A stretch of 60,471 nucleotides of DNA, filler included, from 7 parts of 7 records of this genome joined end to end with filler, not necessarily neighbours in it, one strand, 5' to 3'. Positions 19,601 through 30,507 are shown, counted from the whole stretch's first letter. Program-made: numbers and translations. The notes: a model not told the origin generated them from the letters alone.

Positions 19601-21465
19601 ATGAGTGTTAAATTTAAGATTATGCTTTTGCCACTGATTGCAGTGATCTGTACTGTGCTGCTTATTGCGACGGTAAATATTATTCATACAAAGGTATTTG
19701 AGGAGATTGCTTTTCCTAAAGTAAAAGAAGTTATTGTTGATAGGGAAAAAAATATGCTGAGCTCGTTGGTGGAAGCTGAGATTCTTGCTCTTGGGGAAAG
19801 TCTTAAAGGCATTGATGATCCGGAGAAGATTCGACAGCTGATTATTGAACAGACAGATGCCATTACTTTCTTTAATAACAAGAGCGGCTATTTCTTTGCT
19901 TACGATATAGAAGGTAACAGGATAAATGTTCCGGGAGTAAAAGGTGATGGTAAAACAAGCGGAAACTATTATGACCTGCAGGATAAAAAAGGGAATTATC
20001 TTATTCAGGGGCTTATTCAGAATGCTAAAGACGGTGGCGGGTTTACTGAGTACTGGTTCCCGAAAAAAGGAGAGACAGAGCCTTCACGTAAGATAGCTTA
20101 TACCATGCTGATACCGGGGACTGATTACCTTGTTGGAACTGGCATATATATGGATTATGTTGACCAGTATGTAAGTGATATTCATGATGATATTGGTCGT
20201 GAAAGAGCGAGTTTTGATTACTATCTCTATATCGGGTATGCGTTATATCTGTTGATTCTTGGCTTATTTGCTTTCTTGATTATTAAAAACATCCTTTCGG
20301 GTATTTCTAATATCAGAGAGGTTATTTTGAAAATTGTCCATGAGGGAGATGTGAGTTTTAGTATTAATAAGAAATTACTCGATCGTAAGGATGAAATTGG
20401 TGATCTTGCTCAGGCAAGTCAGAGGCTGATTATGGACTTTACCAATATTGGTGAGCTTGCCAGTAAACTTGCTAAAAGAGACTGGGATCAAGAGGTCTCG
20501 GTTAAATCAGAGAAAGATATTATGGGAAGCTCCTCTCTACTATGATAAAAGAGGTAAACTTTGCATTCAGTCGATTCTCCAAAATTATTGTAGATGTGGA
20601 TTCGGGGGCGCATCAGATAAGTGCTGCGAGTCAGTCGCTATCGCAGGGAGCCACTGAGCAGGCTGCCTCACTTGAGGAGATTACCAGCTCTATGACAGAG
20701 ATGGGAGCACAGACAGAGAATAACGCTACTAATGCTCAGGAAGCAAATCAACTGGCTAAAGGAGCTAACGATGCTGCTGTTGCCGGACAGGAAAGAATGC
20801 AGAATCTGGCTGAAGGAATCAGCGAAATTACTAAACGTGCAGAAGAGACGCAGAAGGTTGTCAAGACTATTGATGATATCGCTTTCCAGACAAATCTGCT
20901 TGCTCTTAACGCTGCAGTTGAGGCTGCTAGAGCAGGTGTTCATGGTAAGGGGTTTGCTGTTGTGGCGGAAGAAGTGCGTAACCTTGCTGCACGTTCAGCA
21001 AAAGCAGCGGGTGAGACTGCAGAGTTGATTGATAATGTGGTAAAAGAGGTCGGCAACGGTAATACTATGGCTGTCGCTACAGCTGAAGCTCTCAATGGTA
21101 TTGCTGAGAAGATTGAGAAGTCTGCAGCATTGGTTGCTGGCATTGCTACAGCTTCCTCGGATCAGGCGCAGAACGTTGCTCAGGTAAATATTGGCTTGGA
21201 ACAGATTGATAGAGTTACTCAGCAGAATACAGCGAGTGCGGAAGAGACTGCTTCTGCTACAATCGAGATGAGTTCGTTGGCAGAAAAACTCCAGAAAGAT
21301 ATCTCTATGTTCAACCTCAAGGAGAGAACCAGTAAGAAGCAAAGGCGAAGAATTGCACAACCGCGGAACTCTGCGGTAAGTCAGCCACAGATCAATAGGC
21401 TTGCTGCAACTGTTACTCCTGAGGAAGAGATCAGACTTGATGATAGTGAGTTTGGGAAGTTTTAG
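19601..21465 (+). CDS. Methyl-accepting chemotaxis protein, paralog of 17447..19321; frameshift at ~20532
   Basis: Colinear with MCP1; GGAAGCTCCTCTCTACTATG lacks one base relative to MCP1 GGTAATTCTCTCTCTGCTATG; ends EFGKF. Confidence 0.92.
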
Positions 21466-21497
21466 TCTGCGGTCTACTGTGGCTTGATGCTGAGATT

Positions 21498-21529
21498 AAG
21501 CAGGAGACTGAAAACTCAGTCTCCTGCTT
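21498..21529. terminator. Bidirectional terminator
   Basis: AAGCAGGAGACTGA-AAAC-TCAGTCTCCTGCTT between convergent genes. Confidence 0.8.
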
Positions 21530-21553
21530 TGCTGGTATAGAGGTGAAGCTGTT

Positions 21554-21901
21554 TTAAAAGGTTATAACCTGATAACCTTCTGAGATATATTTTTCAAGTG
21601 AGGGGTGACCAGACATCTCTCCATTAATCGGTAGGCCAGCCTCTTCAGCAGCGCTCAGCGTTCCCATCTTGTTTGCACATGCTTTGCAGACTGCTTTGAG
21701 TAGACCCTTTTCAATAACAGCAGTATATTGCTTGAAAAATGGATTTTTTGCCTCATCACTCAGTGTGGGGATCAGTTTACAGGCTGCCCCTTCAATGACA
21801 ACGGCAACCTCATGACCTTTTTCTGTCATTTTCAGTGCGTTTATCAGGACATGGGCAAAGCACATAAGTTCCCCCTGAAAGGCAATTAAAGCAATCTTCA
21901 T
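21554..21901 (-). CDS. DsrE/DsrF-like family protein
   Basis: CFAHVLINA, VVIEGAA, VCKACA, GYQVITF; RBS AAGGAG before ATG 21901. Confidence 0.8.
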   Translation of the reverse strand: MKIALIAFQGELMCFAHVLINALKMTEKGHEVAVVIEGAACKLIPTLSDEAKNPFFKQYTAVIEKGLLKAVCKACANKMGTLSAAEEAGLPINGEMSGHPSLEKYISEGYQVITF

Positions 21902-22131
21902 TATCTCTCCTTTGACTATAAATAGTAATAAGTTCAATGCTAATTATAATTTATTTTCTGTTTTAGGGTAGGTATTTTTAAGTGTTATATTATTAATTTT
22001 CATATGACTGGCTCAATAAATTGTAATTTGCTTGAATCTTTTAAGGATATTAGTAAAATGGCTTATGAAACCACAGTTTGTAACTATGGTAAATTATTTA
22101 GTAACTTTGTGCTTAGGAGGGAATATTTCTC

Positions 22132-22806
22132 ATGGCAGGTAAACTTGAAGAATTGAACAGTAAAAATTCAGACCTTGAAATTAAAAGTGCTGACTGTGCA
22201 GCTTTCAGACCTTATGGTAAAAAAGTTGAAGGTCTTGACTTGAAGCAGCTTGAAGACTATATGAGTAGTGTAGAAATTCCAGAGAATGAAGTGGTTTATT
22301 ATCCTTCAATTGCCGAGATGGAGAGTAGTGATGTATATTCTCAGCTTAATAAATCTTTTTATGCAGGGCAGGAGGCGCAGATTGGTTATTGTGCTGGTAA
22401 TAATAGCAGCCTAGATGCGCTTGAGTATCATAAGGGATGCGAGATCGTTTATGCTATTACTGGTGTTGTGCTTCTTTTGGGGCACATCTGGGATATTGAG
22501 AATGACCAGTACTCTTCTGAGAAGGTAGAGGCTTTTTATGTTCCTGAGGGGACAGGTGTTGAGTTATATGGTACTACTCTGCATTATGCTCCATGTCAGG
22601 TTGAAGAGTCTGGGTTTAAGGCTGTTATTATTTTACCAAAGGATACAAATACTGATTTTGACGTACCTGCAGAAAAGTTGACAGGGGAAGATAAGTATAT
22701 ATTTGCTAATAATAAATGGTTGATTGCGCACCCTGAGGTTGCTTCTCTGGCTGAGGGCGGTGCTGTTGCTGGTATTACTGGGAAGAATCTTGAGGTAAAT
22801 ATTTAG
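22132..22806 (+). CDS. DUF4867 family protein (cupin-like)
   Basis: QIGYCAG, LDALEYHKG, ELYGTTLHYAPC, NKWLIAHPE. Confidence 0.75.
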   Translation: MAGKLEELNSKNSDLEIKSADCAAFRPYGKKVEGLDLKQLEDYMSSVEIPENEVVYYPSIAEMESSDVYSQLNKSFYAGQEAQIGYCAGNNSSLDALEYHKGCEIVYAITGVVLLLGHIWDIENDQYSSEKVEAFYVPEGTGVELYGTTLHYAPCQVEESGFKAVIILPKDTNTDFDVPAEKLTGEDKYIFANNKWLIAHPEVASLAEGGAVAGITGKNLEVNI

Positions 22807-23187
22807 TCTGTTGAAGCTGGTAGAGAAATTTGAATATTGATATCGGATACTCATAATTGATGAGTGTCCGATATTTTTTGGGTATTCATGAATGGCTTGA
22901 AGGTGTGCTGTGTCTGTGTTATTCTGCATTCAAGATAGCAGTATAATAAAAGGTTTGGGTATTTGCTGTGAGGATAGGCCGGTTCATTAAAGATAAATAT
23001 ATACATGTCTGGGTATCTGTCATGGAATTTAAATACGGGAAGCTAGTTATTTGAAATAATATGAAGATATCGGTTAGAAAAGAAGTGACAAAAATAAATT
23101 TAATGAAATAATATAGTTAGCAGGCTTGATTGTTGAGCAGCTTTTTAAAATTTATGAATTTGATAATATTTCAGCAGAGGAAGAGAT

Positions 23188-23976
23188 ATGCAAGAGAAGC
23201 ATAACCTTTTTAAAAATGAAAAGCATTTTAGAATTCTTATGGGGACTGTATTTATTATAATGGCAATATATCTAAATGCCTGGTGGGTTGCGGCTATGGG
23301 ACTTTTTGCATTTATTACCAGCGCATATAATTACTGTCCATTCTATGATATGGTAAATATTAATGAAGATAAGGCGAAACGCAGTTATTATCTGTCTCAA
23401 TTTCCTATCTACAATCCTGAGCCGACGTTGTTGGCATCCAAAGATGGTAAGATTGAATTTATGAATACTGCTGCTGAAGTGCTGTTTGAGGATATTGCAA
23501 CGATTGCAGATATTTTTCCAGATGGAGAATCAGTTATTGAATTGATCGAAAAAGGTGGAGGTGTTTTCAATCAGATTACGAGGGGAGAATTGTCGTACAC
23601 TGCTCACTTTAAAGGTATTCCAGAAATTAAATCAATTCTTGTTTTTGCTGTCAATATAACTGATATTGTTAGAATGAATGAAGAAATTATCAATACTCAG
23701 AAAGATATTGTATATAAGATGGGAGAGATTGGGGAAACGCACTCCAAGGAGACTGGGCAGCATGTCAAAAGAGTTGCTGAGTATTCGTATATACTGGCTA
23801 AAGCTATAGGACTGAGTGAGAAAGAATCTGACACTTTACGGATTGCTTCGCCTATGCATGATATCGGCAAGGTTGGAATTCCTGACTCTATTCTGAAAAA
23901 ACCAGGAAAGCTTGATCTTGAGGAGTGGAAGGTTATGAAGACACATACTCAGATAGGGTATGAGATGTTGAAAAAA
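23188..23976 (+). CDS. HD-GYP phosphodiesterase with N-terminal DUF2892-like TM and PAS-like segment, 3' truncated
   Basis: TM pair then YCPFY; ETGQHVKRVAEYS; SPMHDIGKVGIPDSILKKPGKL. Confidence 0.85.
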
Positions 23977-24076
23977 NNNNNNNNNNNNNNNNNNNNNNNN
24001 NNNNNNNNNNNNNNNNNNNNTTAATTAATTAANNNNNNNNNNNNNNNNNNNNNNNNNNNNNNNNNNNNNNNNNNNN
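23977..24076. other. Artificial contig spacer
   Basis: N44-TTAATTAATTAA-N44. Confidence 0.99.
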
Positions 24077-24104
24077 ACGAGTTCAATTCTCGTCCCAGGT
24101 ACCA
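24077..24104 (+). tRNA. 3' end of a tRNA gene, possibly tRNA-Leu
   Basis: T-arm ACGAG-TTCAATT-CTCGT, acceptor strand CCCAGGT, discriminator A, encoded CCA; anticodon not in the contig. Confidence 0.8.
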
Positions 24105-24110
24105 TTAGAA

Positions 24111-24144
24111 AAAGGGACTACTAACATTGAATTGTAGTCCTTTT
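24111..24144 (+). terminator. Terminator after the tRNA
   Basis: AAAGGGACTAC...GTAGTCCTTTT. Confidence 0.7.
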
Positions 24145-24438
24145 CCATTTAGAAATCACTCAAAAATAAATGACCTTTTTTTTGTATTGCAGCTATTGAT
24201 TTTATGCAAAATAAAAGACTAGACTGGGTAGTTTATTTTTTCGTGGGTTCTTAGCCATTTTTGATTTTTTCCCATTCTTTTCCAGTTTGTCTTCCGAAAA
24301 TTTATTCTCTCGAATTCATTTATTAATTTTCTATTTTACAAATCTTCAATTCTATTTTACCTTCTGAAATTGTAATTCAGAAATGAGACATGAAAATAAT
24401 GAAAGTAATGAAAGTAAAATGCTATTTGGAGATAACAA

Positions 24439-25572
24439 ATGAAAAAGATAATTATTTGCTTCCTACTAGTGATTAATTTCGCAATTACGTCGATAGCTTC
24501 GGAAGCTCAACTCAAGGTAAGTCGTGATCATCTTTTACCGTCATTAATCAAGAGTGCAAGATATTCAGGTTCAGATAGGCTCTGTGGGGAAAAAATACCT
24601 TTATCTTCTCAAGATGTCCGAGAGCGTCTTGAAAAGGAAATATTGTTGGCGCTTTGGGATAGAGCCCAAGTGATTTTGTGGATCAAAAGAGCATCAAAGT
24701 ATTTCCCTCATATAGAGAAAATTTTGAAAGATGAGAGGCTGCCGGATGACTTAAAGTATGTTGCTGTCATTGAAAGTAGCTTAAGACCCAATGCGGGTTC
24801 TTCAAAGGGTGCTGTTGGTTTCTGGCAATTTATTTCATCTACGGGTAAGAAATACAATCTTAGAGTGGATCGCTCCATTGATGAACGCAGGAGCTTATTT
24901 AAGTCTACGCGTGCAGCCTGCAAATATTTTAAGAAATTGTATAACCAATTTGGATCCTGGACGCTTGCAATGGCAGCATATAATATGGGTGAGTATGGGT
25001 TGCAATCGGAAATTAGGATGCAGGAAAATAAGGATTACTATTCCCTTTATTTATATTTGGAAACTCAGCGGTATGTATTTAAAGTCATTGCGGCAAAAGA
25101 AATTCTTGAAAATCCTGAAAAATACGGATTTAATTACTCATCCCAAGATCTTTATCCGGTATTGGATTTTTCAAAGGCTCAGCTCAATATCAAAGATAAA
25201 ATTCCTTTGACTCTAATCGCAAAATCCGCGAATACAACCTTTAAAATGATCAAAGACCTGAATCCGGAAATAAGAGGGTATCATCTTGTTCCCGGAGTAC
25301 ATGCGATATATTTGCCGGCAGGGACTAGCAAAGGATTTAATGAGGCGTTTTCAAATCACTATGCCTCTTGGAAAAAAACTCATGCAAAGAAAAATACTAG
25401 AAAAGCCAAGAGAGCTACTCGACAATATCATGTTGTTCGAAAAGGAGAAGGCTTGTCGATGATAGCGAATCGGTATCGGATTTCACTTTCCAAATTGTTA
25501 AAGTGGAACAAACTCCATCGTAAAAGTATCATTCATCCTGGAGACAGATTAATCATTGGAATGAATAAGTGA
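24439..25572 (+). CDS. Lytic murein transglycosylase (SLT domain + LysM), MltD-like
   Basis: VAVIESS, GAVGFWQF, AAYNMG, ETQRYV; C-terminal YHVVRKGEGLSMIA...WNKL...IHPGDRL. Confidence 0.92.
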   Translation: MKKIIICFLLVINFAITSIASEAQLKVSRDHLLPSLIKSARYSGSDRLCGEKIPLSSQDVRERLEKEILLALWDRAQVILWIKRASKYFPHIEKILKDERLPDDLKYVAVIESSLRPNAGSSKGAVGFWQFISSTGKKYNLRVDRSIDERRSLFKSTRAACKYFKKLYNQFGSWTLAMAAYNMGEYGLQSEIRMQENKDYYSLYLYLETQRYVFKVIAAKEILENPEKYGFNYSSQDLYPVLDFSKAQLNIKDKIPLTLIAKSANTTFKMIKDLNPEIRGYHLVPGVHAIYLPAGTSKGFNEAFSNHYASWKKTHAKKNTRKAKRATRQYHVVRKGEGLSMIANRYRISLSKLLKWNKLHRKSIIHPGDRLIIGMNK

Positions 25573-25588
25573 AATCCAGTCTTTACAT

Positions 25589-26608
25589 TTATTGACGTGT
25601 GTTGTTGAAGGGGATTTGGAAACTCTCGTTTAGTTCGTTAAAAGTTACCGGTTGTGTTCCTACTTTCCCTACAACGATTCCAGCTGCGGCATTTGCTAAT
25701 TTTGCAGCATTTTCAAACGACAATCCAATGGAAATTCCCGCAGCCAGCACAGAAATAACAGTGTCTCCAGCCCCAGAGACATCATATACTTGACGGGCTT
25801 GTGTCGGGACTAATAGGGGGGATTTTGTTTTTCCGGTCAGGCACATTCCTTTAGGTCCCCTAGTAACAAGAAGCCATTCAAGTCCGAATTTTGATCTAAT
25901 TTTATTTGAAATTTCAATCAGTTCTTTCTCATTTTCAATGTCGACACTTTCTGCAAGATCGTTGATATTGTCGCAAATCAGGCCCAGTTCAGCACAATTC
26001 GGAGTAATGCAAGTTGCTTGTTTATAGCGATGCCAATCTTTTCCCTTCGGATCGACAAGTACTTTGACCTTACTGCGGTTACAAACAGATATGATTGATT
26101 CCGTCAAATTTTGAGTCTGAAAGATCCCTTTGCCGTAATCCGATAGTATGACTGCCTGATAGTTATCTATGTGCATTTCAATTTGGCGCAGCAATCGTTC
26201 TACCTCATCGCTGAATAGGGAGCTAATTTCTTCTTCATCAATTCGTAATAATTGTTGTTTTAGTGCCATTATCCGGGTTTTCGTCGTGGTCTTACGGCGT
26301 TGATCCGAGATGATCAAATCTCCATTGATGTTTTTTCTTGCCAGCATTTTTTTGATTCGATCTCCGGCACTGTCTTGACCACATAGCGCAACAATGTCAG
26401 TTTGACACCCCAACCCAACAAGGTTCATTGCAACATTTCCCGCACCTCCCAACATAAATGTTCTCTCTTTGGTTTGGAGAATGGGTACAGGTGCTTCCGG
26501 TGAGATCCGCTCTACCTTCCCCCATAGATAGCAGTCAAGCATGATGTCTCCAATAACCAGAATACGGGAGTTGGAGAATTGATTCGGTTGAATGGGAATG
26601 TGCTTCAT
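25589..26608 (-). CDS. rfaE1: D-glycero-beta-D-manno-heptose-7-phosphate kinase (stand-alone PfkB domain)
   Basis: GDIMLD, RISPEAPVP, GGAGNVA, SDYGKG, VDPKG, DVSGAGDTV. Confidence 0.92.
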   Translation of the reverse strand: MKHIPIQPNQFSNSRILVIGDIMLDCYLWGKVERISPEAPVPILQTKERTFMLGGAGNVAMNLVGLGCQTDIVALCGQDSAGDRIKKMLARKNINGDLIISDQRRKTTTKTRIMALKQQLLRIDEEEISSLFSDEVERLLRQIEMHIDNYQAVILSDYGKGIFQTQNLTESIISVCNRSKVKVLVDPKGKDWHRYKQATCITPNCAELGLICDNINDLAESVDIENEKELIEISNKIRSKFGLEWLLVTRGPKGMCLTGKTKSPLLVPTQARQVYDVSGAGDTVISVLAAGISIGLSFENAAKLANAAAGIVVGKVGTQPVTFNELNESFQIPFNNTRQ

Positions 26609-26614
26609 TACCTG

Positions 26615-29600
26615 TTATTGTGCTCCGCTAAGTGTATTTTTATTTACCATGGTATCTGCAATTTTTTCTGCCGAATCACCAAACAGATCTCCTATGGGGA
26701 TGGTGTCTAATAGTGAATCATCCCATTGGAGATCATCCGTTTCCAAAATGGTGTCTTTGATGCGAATGTATTTTCCGCCCAGCGCTTTGATTTTATCCAA
26801 TAGGGAGACTTGATCCGGATCTTTAAATGCAACATTGATGGAGAGAAGATATTCTATGGCACTGGAGTCGGCCTTGGGGGAAAGGACAGGAATGATCATG
26901 ATGCTTCGGCCGTCTTTTCTCCCTTTTCCAATGTAGACATTGCCTTCTCGCACAATAATATTCTTTGTACCCTTTAAGCGGTGTTCGGTTTCGACTCTTG
27001 AGGCTTCGTTTGCAAGGGAACCGGTTTTATTGACCACGTCAATACGTGTTTCTACCGTTGGCTCCCCAAGTAGATTGAGGCCTGATATTTTGTATAACAA
27101 TGCTCCTTTCACATGAGAAATGACCCGCTGAAGATTTTTAATGACCAGGACATTGTTGTTTGTAATTTGAGGAAGCAGAAGATTGTTATGGGCGATTTCA
27201 TTAAAAATGACCCCTTCAAAGGTCTGCGGTATCTCCAATGCCTTTTCTTTCTCTTCGATTCGACTCGTCCCTACGGTTACGGTTTTCGCTTGGTGTTTGA
27301 TGGCGTCGATGGGTCTTGCCAGGGCATTCACTGCATCGGACAGCGTACTGAAAAAGGTCTCCAACATATTCGCCGGGGTTCCTTTTTTTGCAAAATCCAT
27401 TTCAAAGTCAGCAACCGGCAACCTTCCTGAAAGATATTTCAATAAAAGAGTGATGTTGGTGACGGTACTGAGACCAATAATGGCCGGCATTTTTTGTTCT
27501 CTTCGACGTTTTGAAAAAGCTTGATAAAATGAGGCGATTTTTTCTCTAAAATCATTTTCAAGTACAATCTCGTATTCATTTCTTCCCATGGTTCGATATT
27601 CATCGATCATGTCGGATATTTCTTCTTGAAATTGAAAGATGAATTCCGACCCTTCATGCATGGAAAGCGCCGCATAGTAGCCCCAAAGATGTCCCACCAA
27701 AGTGTTTAAAATCGGTGCAAAGTGCTCCTTGACGTTGGGGACCCTGAAAACATCGGCGGCATAATTATCGAAACGTGTCTCTCCCTCATTGGTGATGACG
27801 ATTGGCGTTGCCTTGTGGGCGTGAAAAATGGCTGTATCCTTGATGATATCTTTGAGAACACTTTCGCGGGTGGAAGCGGCACAAACGATGATTAAAGGCT
27901 CTGATGAGAGATCAATATGTTTTTTATCTTCCACATAATCGGATGAGATGGTTTTATAGCATAGCTCGCTTAGTTTGATTCGAATCTCATCTGCCGATGT
28001 TTTATTACATCCGCTTCCCACCGTGGCCCAAAAATATGTGGGAATAGAGTGGGTTCGGGCAGATGATTCTATTTGTTCAGCCCGTTTAAGAATTTCCTCC
28101 ATTTTATTAGGGAGGTCCATCAGCTCATCGAGCTCTTCTGTGAGGGTCTCAGGGGAAAGGGCTCCGGTGAGGCTGCCCAGTTGGAGTCCAAGCAATGCGC
28201 CTGCCGTTATTTGTGAGTAGAATGCTTTTGTCGAGGCAACAGACATTTCGATATCCCGCCCCGTACTGGTGTAGAGGACACCATCTACCTTGAATGTCAA
28301 ATCCGAGTCTCTCCGGTTGACGATGGCTAATGTTCTTGCCCCTCGAGTTCGGACCATATCAACTGTTCTATTTGTATCTGTGGTAGTTCCGGATTGGCTG
28401 ATGGCAACCACAAGGAAGGAATCCATGGCATGACTTGCTTCATCACCGAGCATGGAAAACCCGGAAAGCTCAGAGGCTTTCATGGCACGGATATCAAAGT
28501 CGCTTCCTGAAAGATAGTGACGGAAAAGATCGGCACAGCCTTGGGCGGCAACCCCTGCTGTTCCTTGTCCAATAAAAAATATTTTTTTGATTTTTCCTGA
28601 TTTTAAATCTGTGACAATGGACGCCGGTAAAACGGTGTCGTCCAAAGTCATTGAGTAATAGCTGGATGATTCTGATCGTTTCCAGCGATTTTGAAGTGTC
28701 TTGGAAACAGATACCGGCGCCTCTGAGATTTCTTTAAGAAAATAATGGGGATAGTTTTGACGATCGATATCTCTGGATGTTATTTCACTGTGTTTCCAAT
28801 GGGATTCTTCGATCTCAATGGGGGTGCCGGCATAATCCATGGAAGTCATACCTTCGACGCCGCCGGGTGAATTTTGATCCAGGATGAGGATCTGGCCATT
28901 GGCCTCTCCATTTAACTTTATAAACGTTTGGGTCTCTTCCACAACACCGTACAGCTCCGAAGCGGTGACATAATGATCCGGTGCAATCCCCGTAAATATA
29001 GCCTGTCCACTTCCTTTTTGAGCTAAAAAGAGTTTTCCGGGCGCCAGATCGGTATGCATACTGATGGCATGGGAGCCTTCAAAATCATTGACCGCCAACC
29101 GAAATGCCGAGTTGACGGAATGGCCTTGCTTCAAATAGCGCTCAATTTGGAGCGGGATGATTTTTGTATCTGTGGTGATGTCCGGGTGCAACGAATCAAA
29201 TCGTGATTCGTATGCCTTTTTAAGTTCTGGATAGTTGTCAATGTCTCCATTGAGACTCACATGTATGATGCCGCTGGGCTTCATTGCAAGATCCGTTGAA
29301 GCGCTGTCCACCGGATGACAATTGGCTTGGGTGATATCCCCTACCGACGCCCATCGGGTGTGGGCAGAGATACTGTTGAATTGAAAATTAAATCTGGTTA
29401 GAAGTTGCAGAAGTTGATCATTTTTAATTTGGGTTCTCAAAAAAGCGACATTATCTCCAAGGGATCCGATTTCGGCGGCATATTTGTAGACAAACGAAAT
29501 TGAAACATAGTGAATATCGGTAGATAGATCTTCAGAAAGCAACGCTTCACCACTTGCATCAACCTGCCCACCCTTTTGTTGCGGTGATTTTCCAAACGAA

Positions 29601-30439
29601 TCGTTAATTGTCAGACAGTTGTTTTTTAGCACGGCATGATTCGTCCTTGCCCGCAACTGATCCCCTAAACCGGTCAACAGTAATTCTTTTCTAAAATCCT
29701 CAAATTCAGACTTTGTCAATGTAAATAGAAGAGAAATTCCTGCAGAATCCCGCCCTCGAACTTCCAGGCGATCGATACTGTTGAGAACGGTATTGATTTG
29801 CTTAAAAATGCCCACCCCTTGCAAACTCAAACCGGAGAGGGGTAATACAGAGAGCTGTTGAAGGCGATCAAAGTTATCATGGATTTCTTTTGACAATGTC
29901 CAATGAACATCTTTTAACACCTCGATTCGCTCCAAAACCGTTTCTGCATTTTTTTTATCCAGGACGGTTATTTTGTTATCAATTTCAGAACTCTCTTTTT
30001 CAATAAATGATTTCAGGTTTGAAATGAGTTGAGAAAGCAGTTTTTGTTTGTCGTCATCAGATAATAGTGCATAAAAAGGAGATAGTGTCTTGAGATGACG
30101 GGCCTGTTTTAATATGGAGTTGAGTGCCGAACTTCCCCCCAGATAATCCGTATCCGCATGAAATTGATCCTCTGAGCAGCGAGACAGAGAGGATGCGGTG
30201 GTGCTTGAGATGCCCTTTTCCAAGTCGGCAAGAAGGGCGTCGCAATCATTTATTTTATTGGAAAATCCTTTATAAGCGACAAGTGCGGAAATGCCGCAAC
30301 TCAACGTAGTCTGAGAGGTTGGAAAGAGAATTAGAGTGTGTTGATTTGCGCGATGTGGGGCTTTTGCAAACGCGATTTCAAGGGAAAACAGCCGTGTAAA
30401 AAAACGTCTAATGAAGGTAAAAATATTTATGAAATCCAT
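26615..30439 (-). CDS. Giant atypical glutamine-fructose-6-phosphate aminotransferase-like protein (GATase-2 + SIS domains)
   Basis: SCGI, LEVRGRDSAG, HTRWAS, NGDIDNY, TDT, SQSGTTTDT, SVASTKAF, AKTVTV; 1274 aa. Confidence 0.85.
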   Translation of the reverse strand: MDFINIFTFIRRFFTRLFSLEIAFAKAPHRANQHTLILFPTSQTTLSCGISALVAYKGFSNKINDCDALLADLEKGISSTTASSLSRCSEDQFHADTDYLGGSSALNSILKQARHLKTLSPFYALLSDDDKQKLLSQLISNLKSFIEKESSEIDNKITVLDKKNAETVLERIEVLKDVHWTLSKEIHDNFDRLQQLSVLPLSGLSLQGVGIFKQINTVLNSIDRLEVRGRDSAGISLLFTLTKSEFEDFRKELLLTGLGDQLRARTNHAVLKNNCLTINDSFGKSPQQKGGQVDASGEALLSEDLSTDIHYVSISFVYKYAAEIGSLGDNVAFLRTQIKNDQLLQLLTRFNFQFNSISAHTRWASVGDITQANCHPVDSASTDLAMKPSGIIHVSLNGDIDNYPELKKAYESRFDSLHPDITTDTKIIPLQIERYLKQGHSVNSAFRLAVNDFEGSHAISMHTDLAPGKLFLAQKGSGQAIFTGIAPDHYVTASELYGVVEETQTFIKLNGEANGQILILDQNSPGGVEGMTSMDYAGTPIEIEESHWKHSEITSRDIDRQNYPHYFLKEISEAPVSVSKTLQNRWKRSESSSYYSMTLDDTVLPASIVTDLKSGKIKKIFFIGQGTAGVAAQGCADLFRHYLSGSDFDIRAMKASELSGFSMLGDEASHAMDSFLVVAISQSGTTTDTNRTVDMVRTRGARTLAIVNRRDSDLTFKVDGVLYTSTGRDIEMSVASTKAFYSQITAGALLGLQLGSLTGALSPETLTEELDELMDLPNKMEEILKRAEQIESSARTHSIPTYFWATVGSGCNKTSADEIRIKLSELCYKTISSDYVEDKKHIDLSSEPLIIVCAASTRESVLKDIIKDTAIFHAHKATPIVITNEGETRFDNYAADVFRVPNVKEHFAPILNTLVGHLWGYYAALSMHEGSEFIFQFQEEISDMIDEYRTMGRNEYEIVLENDFREKIASFYQAFSKRRREQKMPAIIGLSTVTNITLLLKYLSGRLPVADFEMDFAKKGTPANMLETFFSTLSDAVNALARPIDAIKHQAKTVTVGTSRIEEKEKALEIPQTFEGVIFNEIAHNNLLLPQITNNNVLVIKNLQRVISHVKGALLYKISGLNLLGEPTVETRIDVVNKTGSLANEASRVETEHRLKGTKNIIVREGNVYIGKGRKDGRSIMIIPVLSPKADSSAIEYLLSINVAFKDPDQVSLLDKIKALGGKYIRIKDTILETDDLQWDDSLLDTIPIGDLFGDSAEKIADTMVNKNTLSGAQ

Positions 30440-30507
30440 CTTTTCTCCTTGAATGTTTATGGTTGGGGGTTTCCGGATTTATATGAAAATTCTTGCCGTT
30501 TCGGCTT

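Noticed and set aside
18053-21360. Many short overlapping or antisense ORFs inside the MCPs and other long genes
   Set aside because: Shadow frames of well-supported CDSs with no independent motifs
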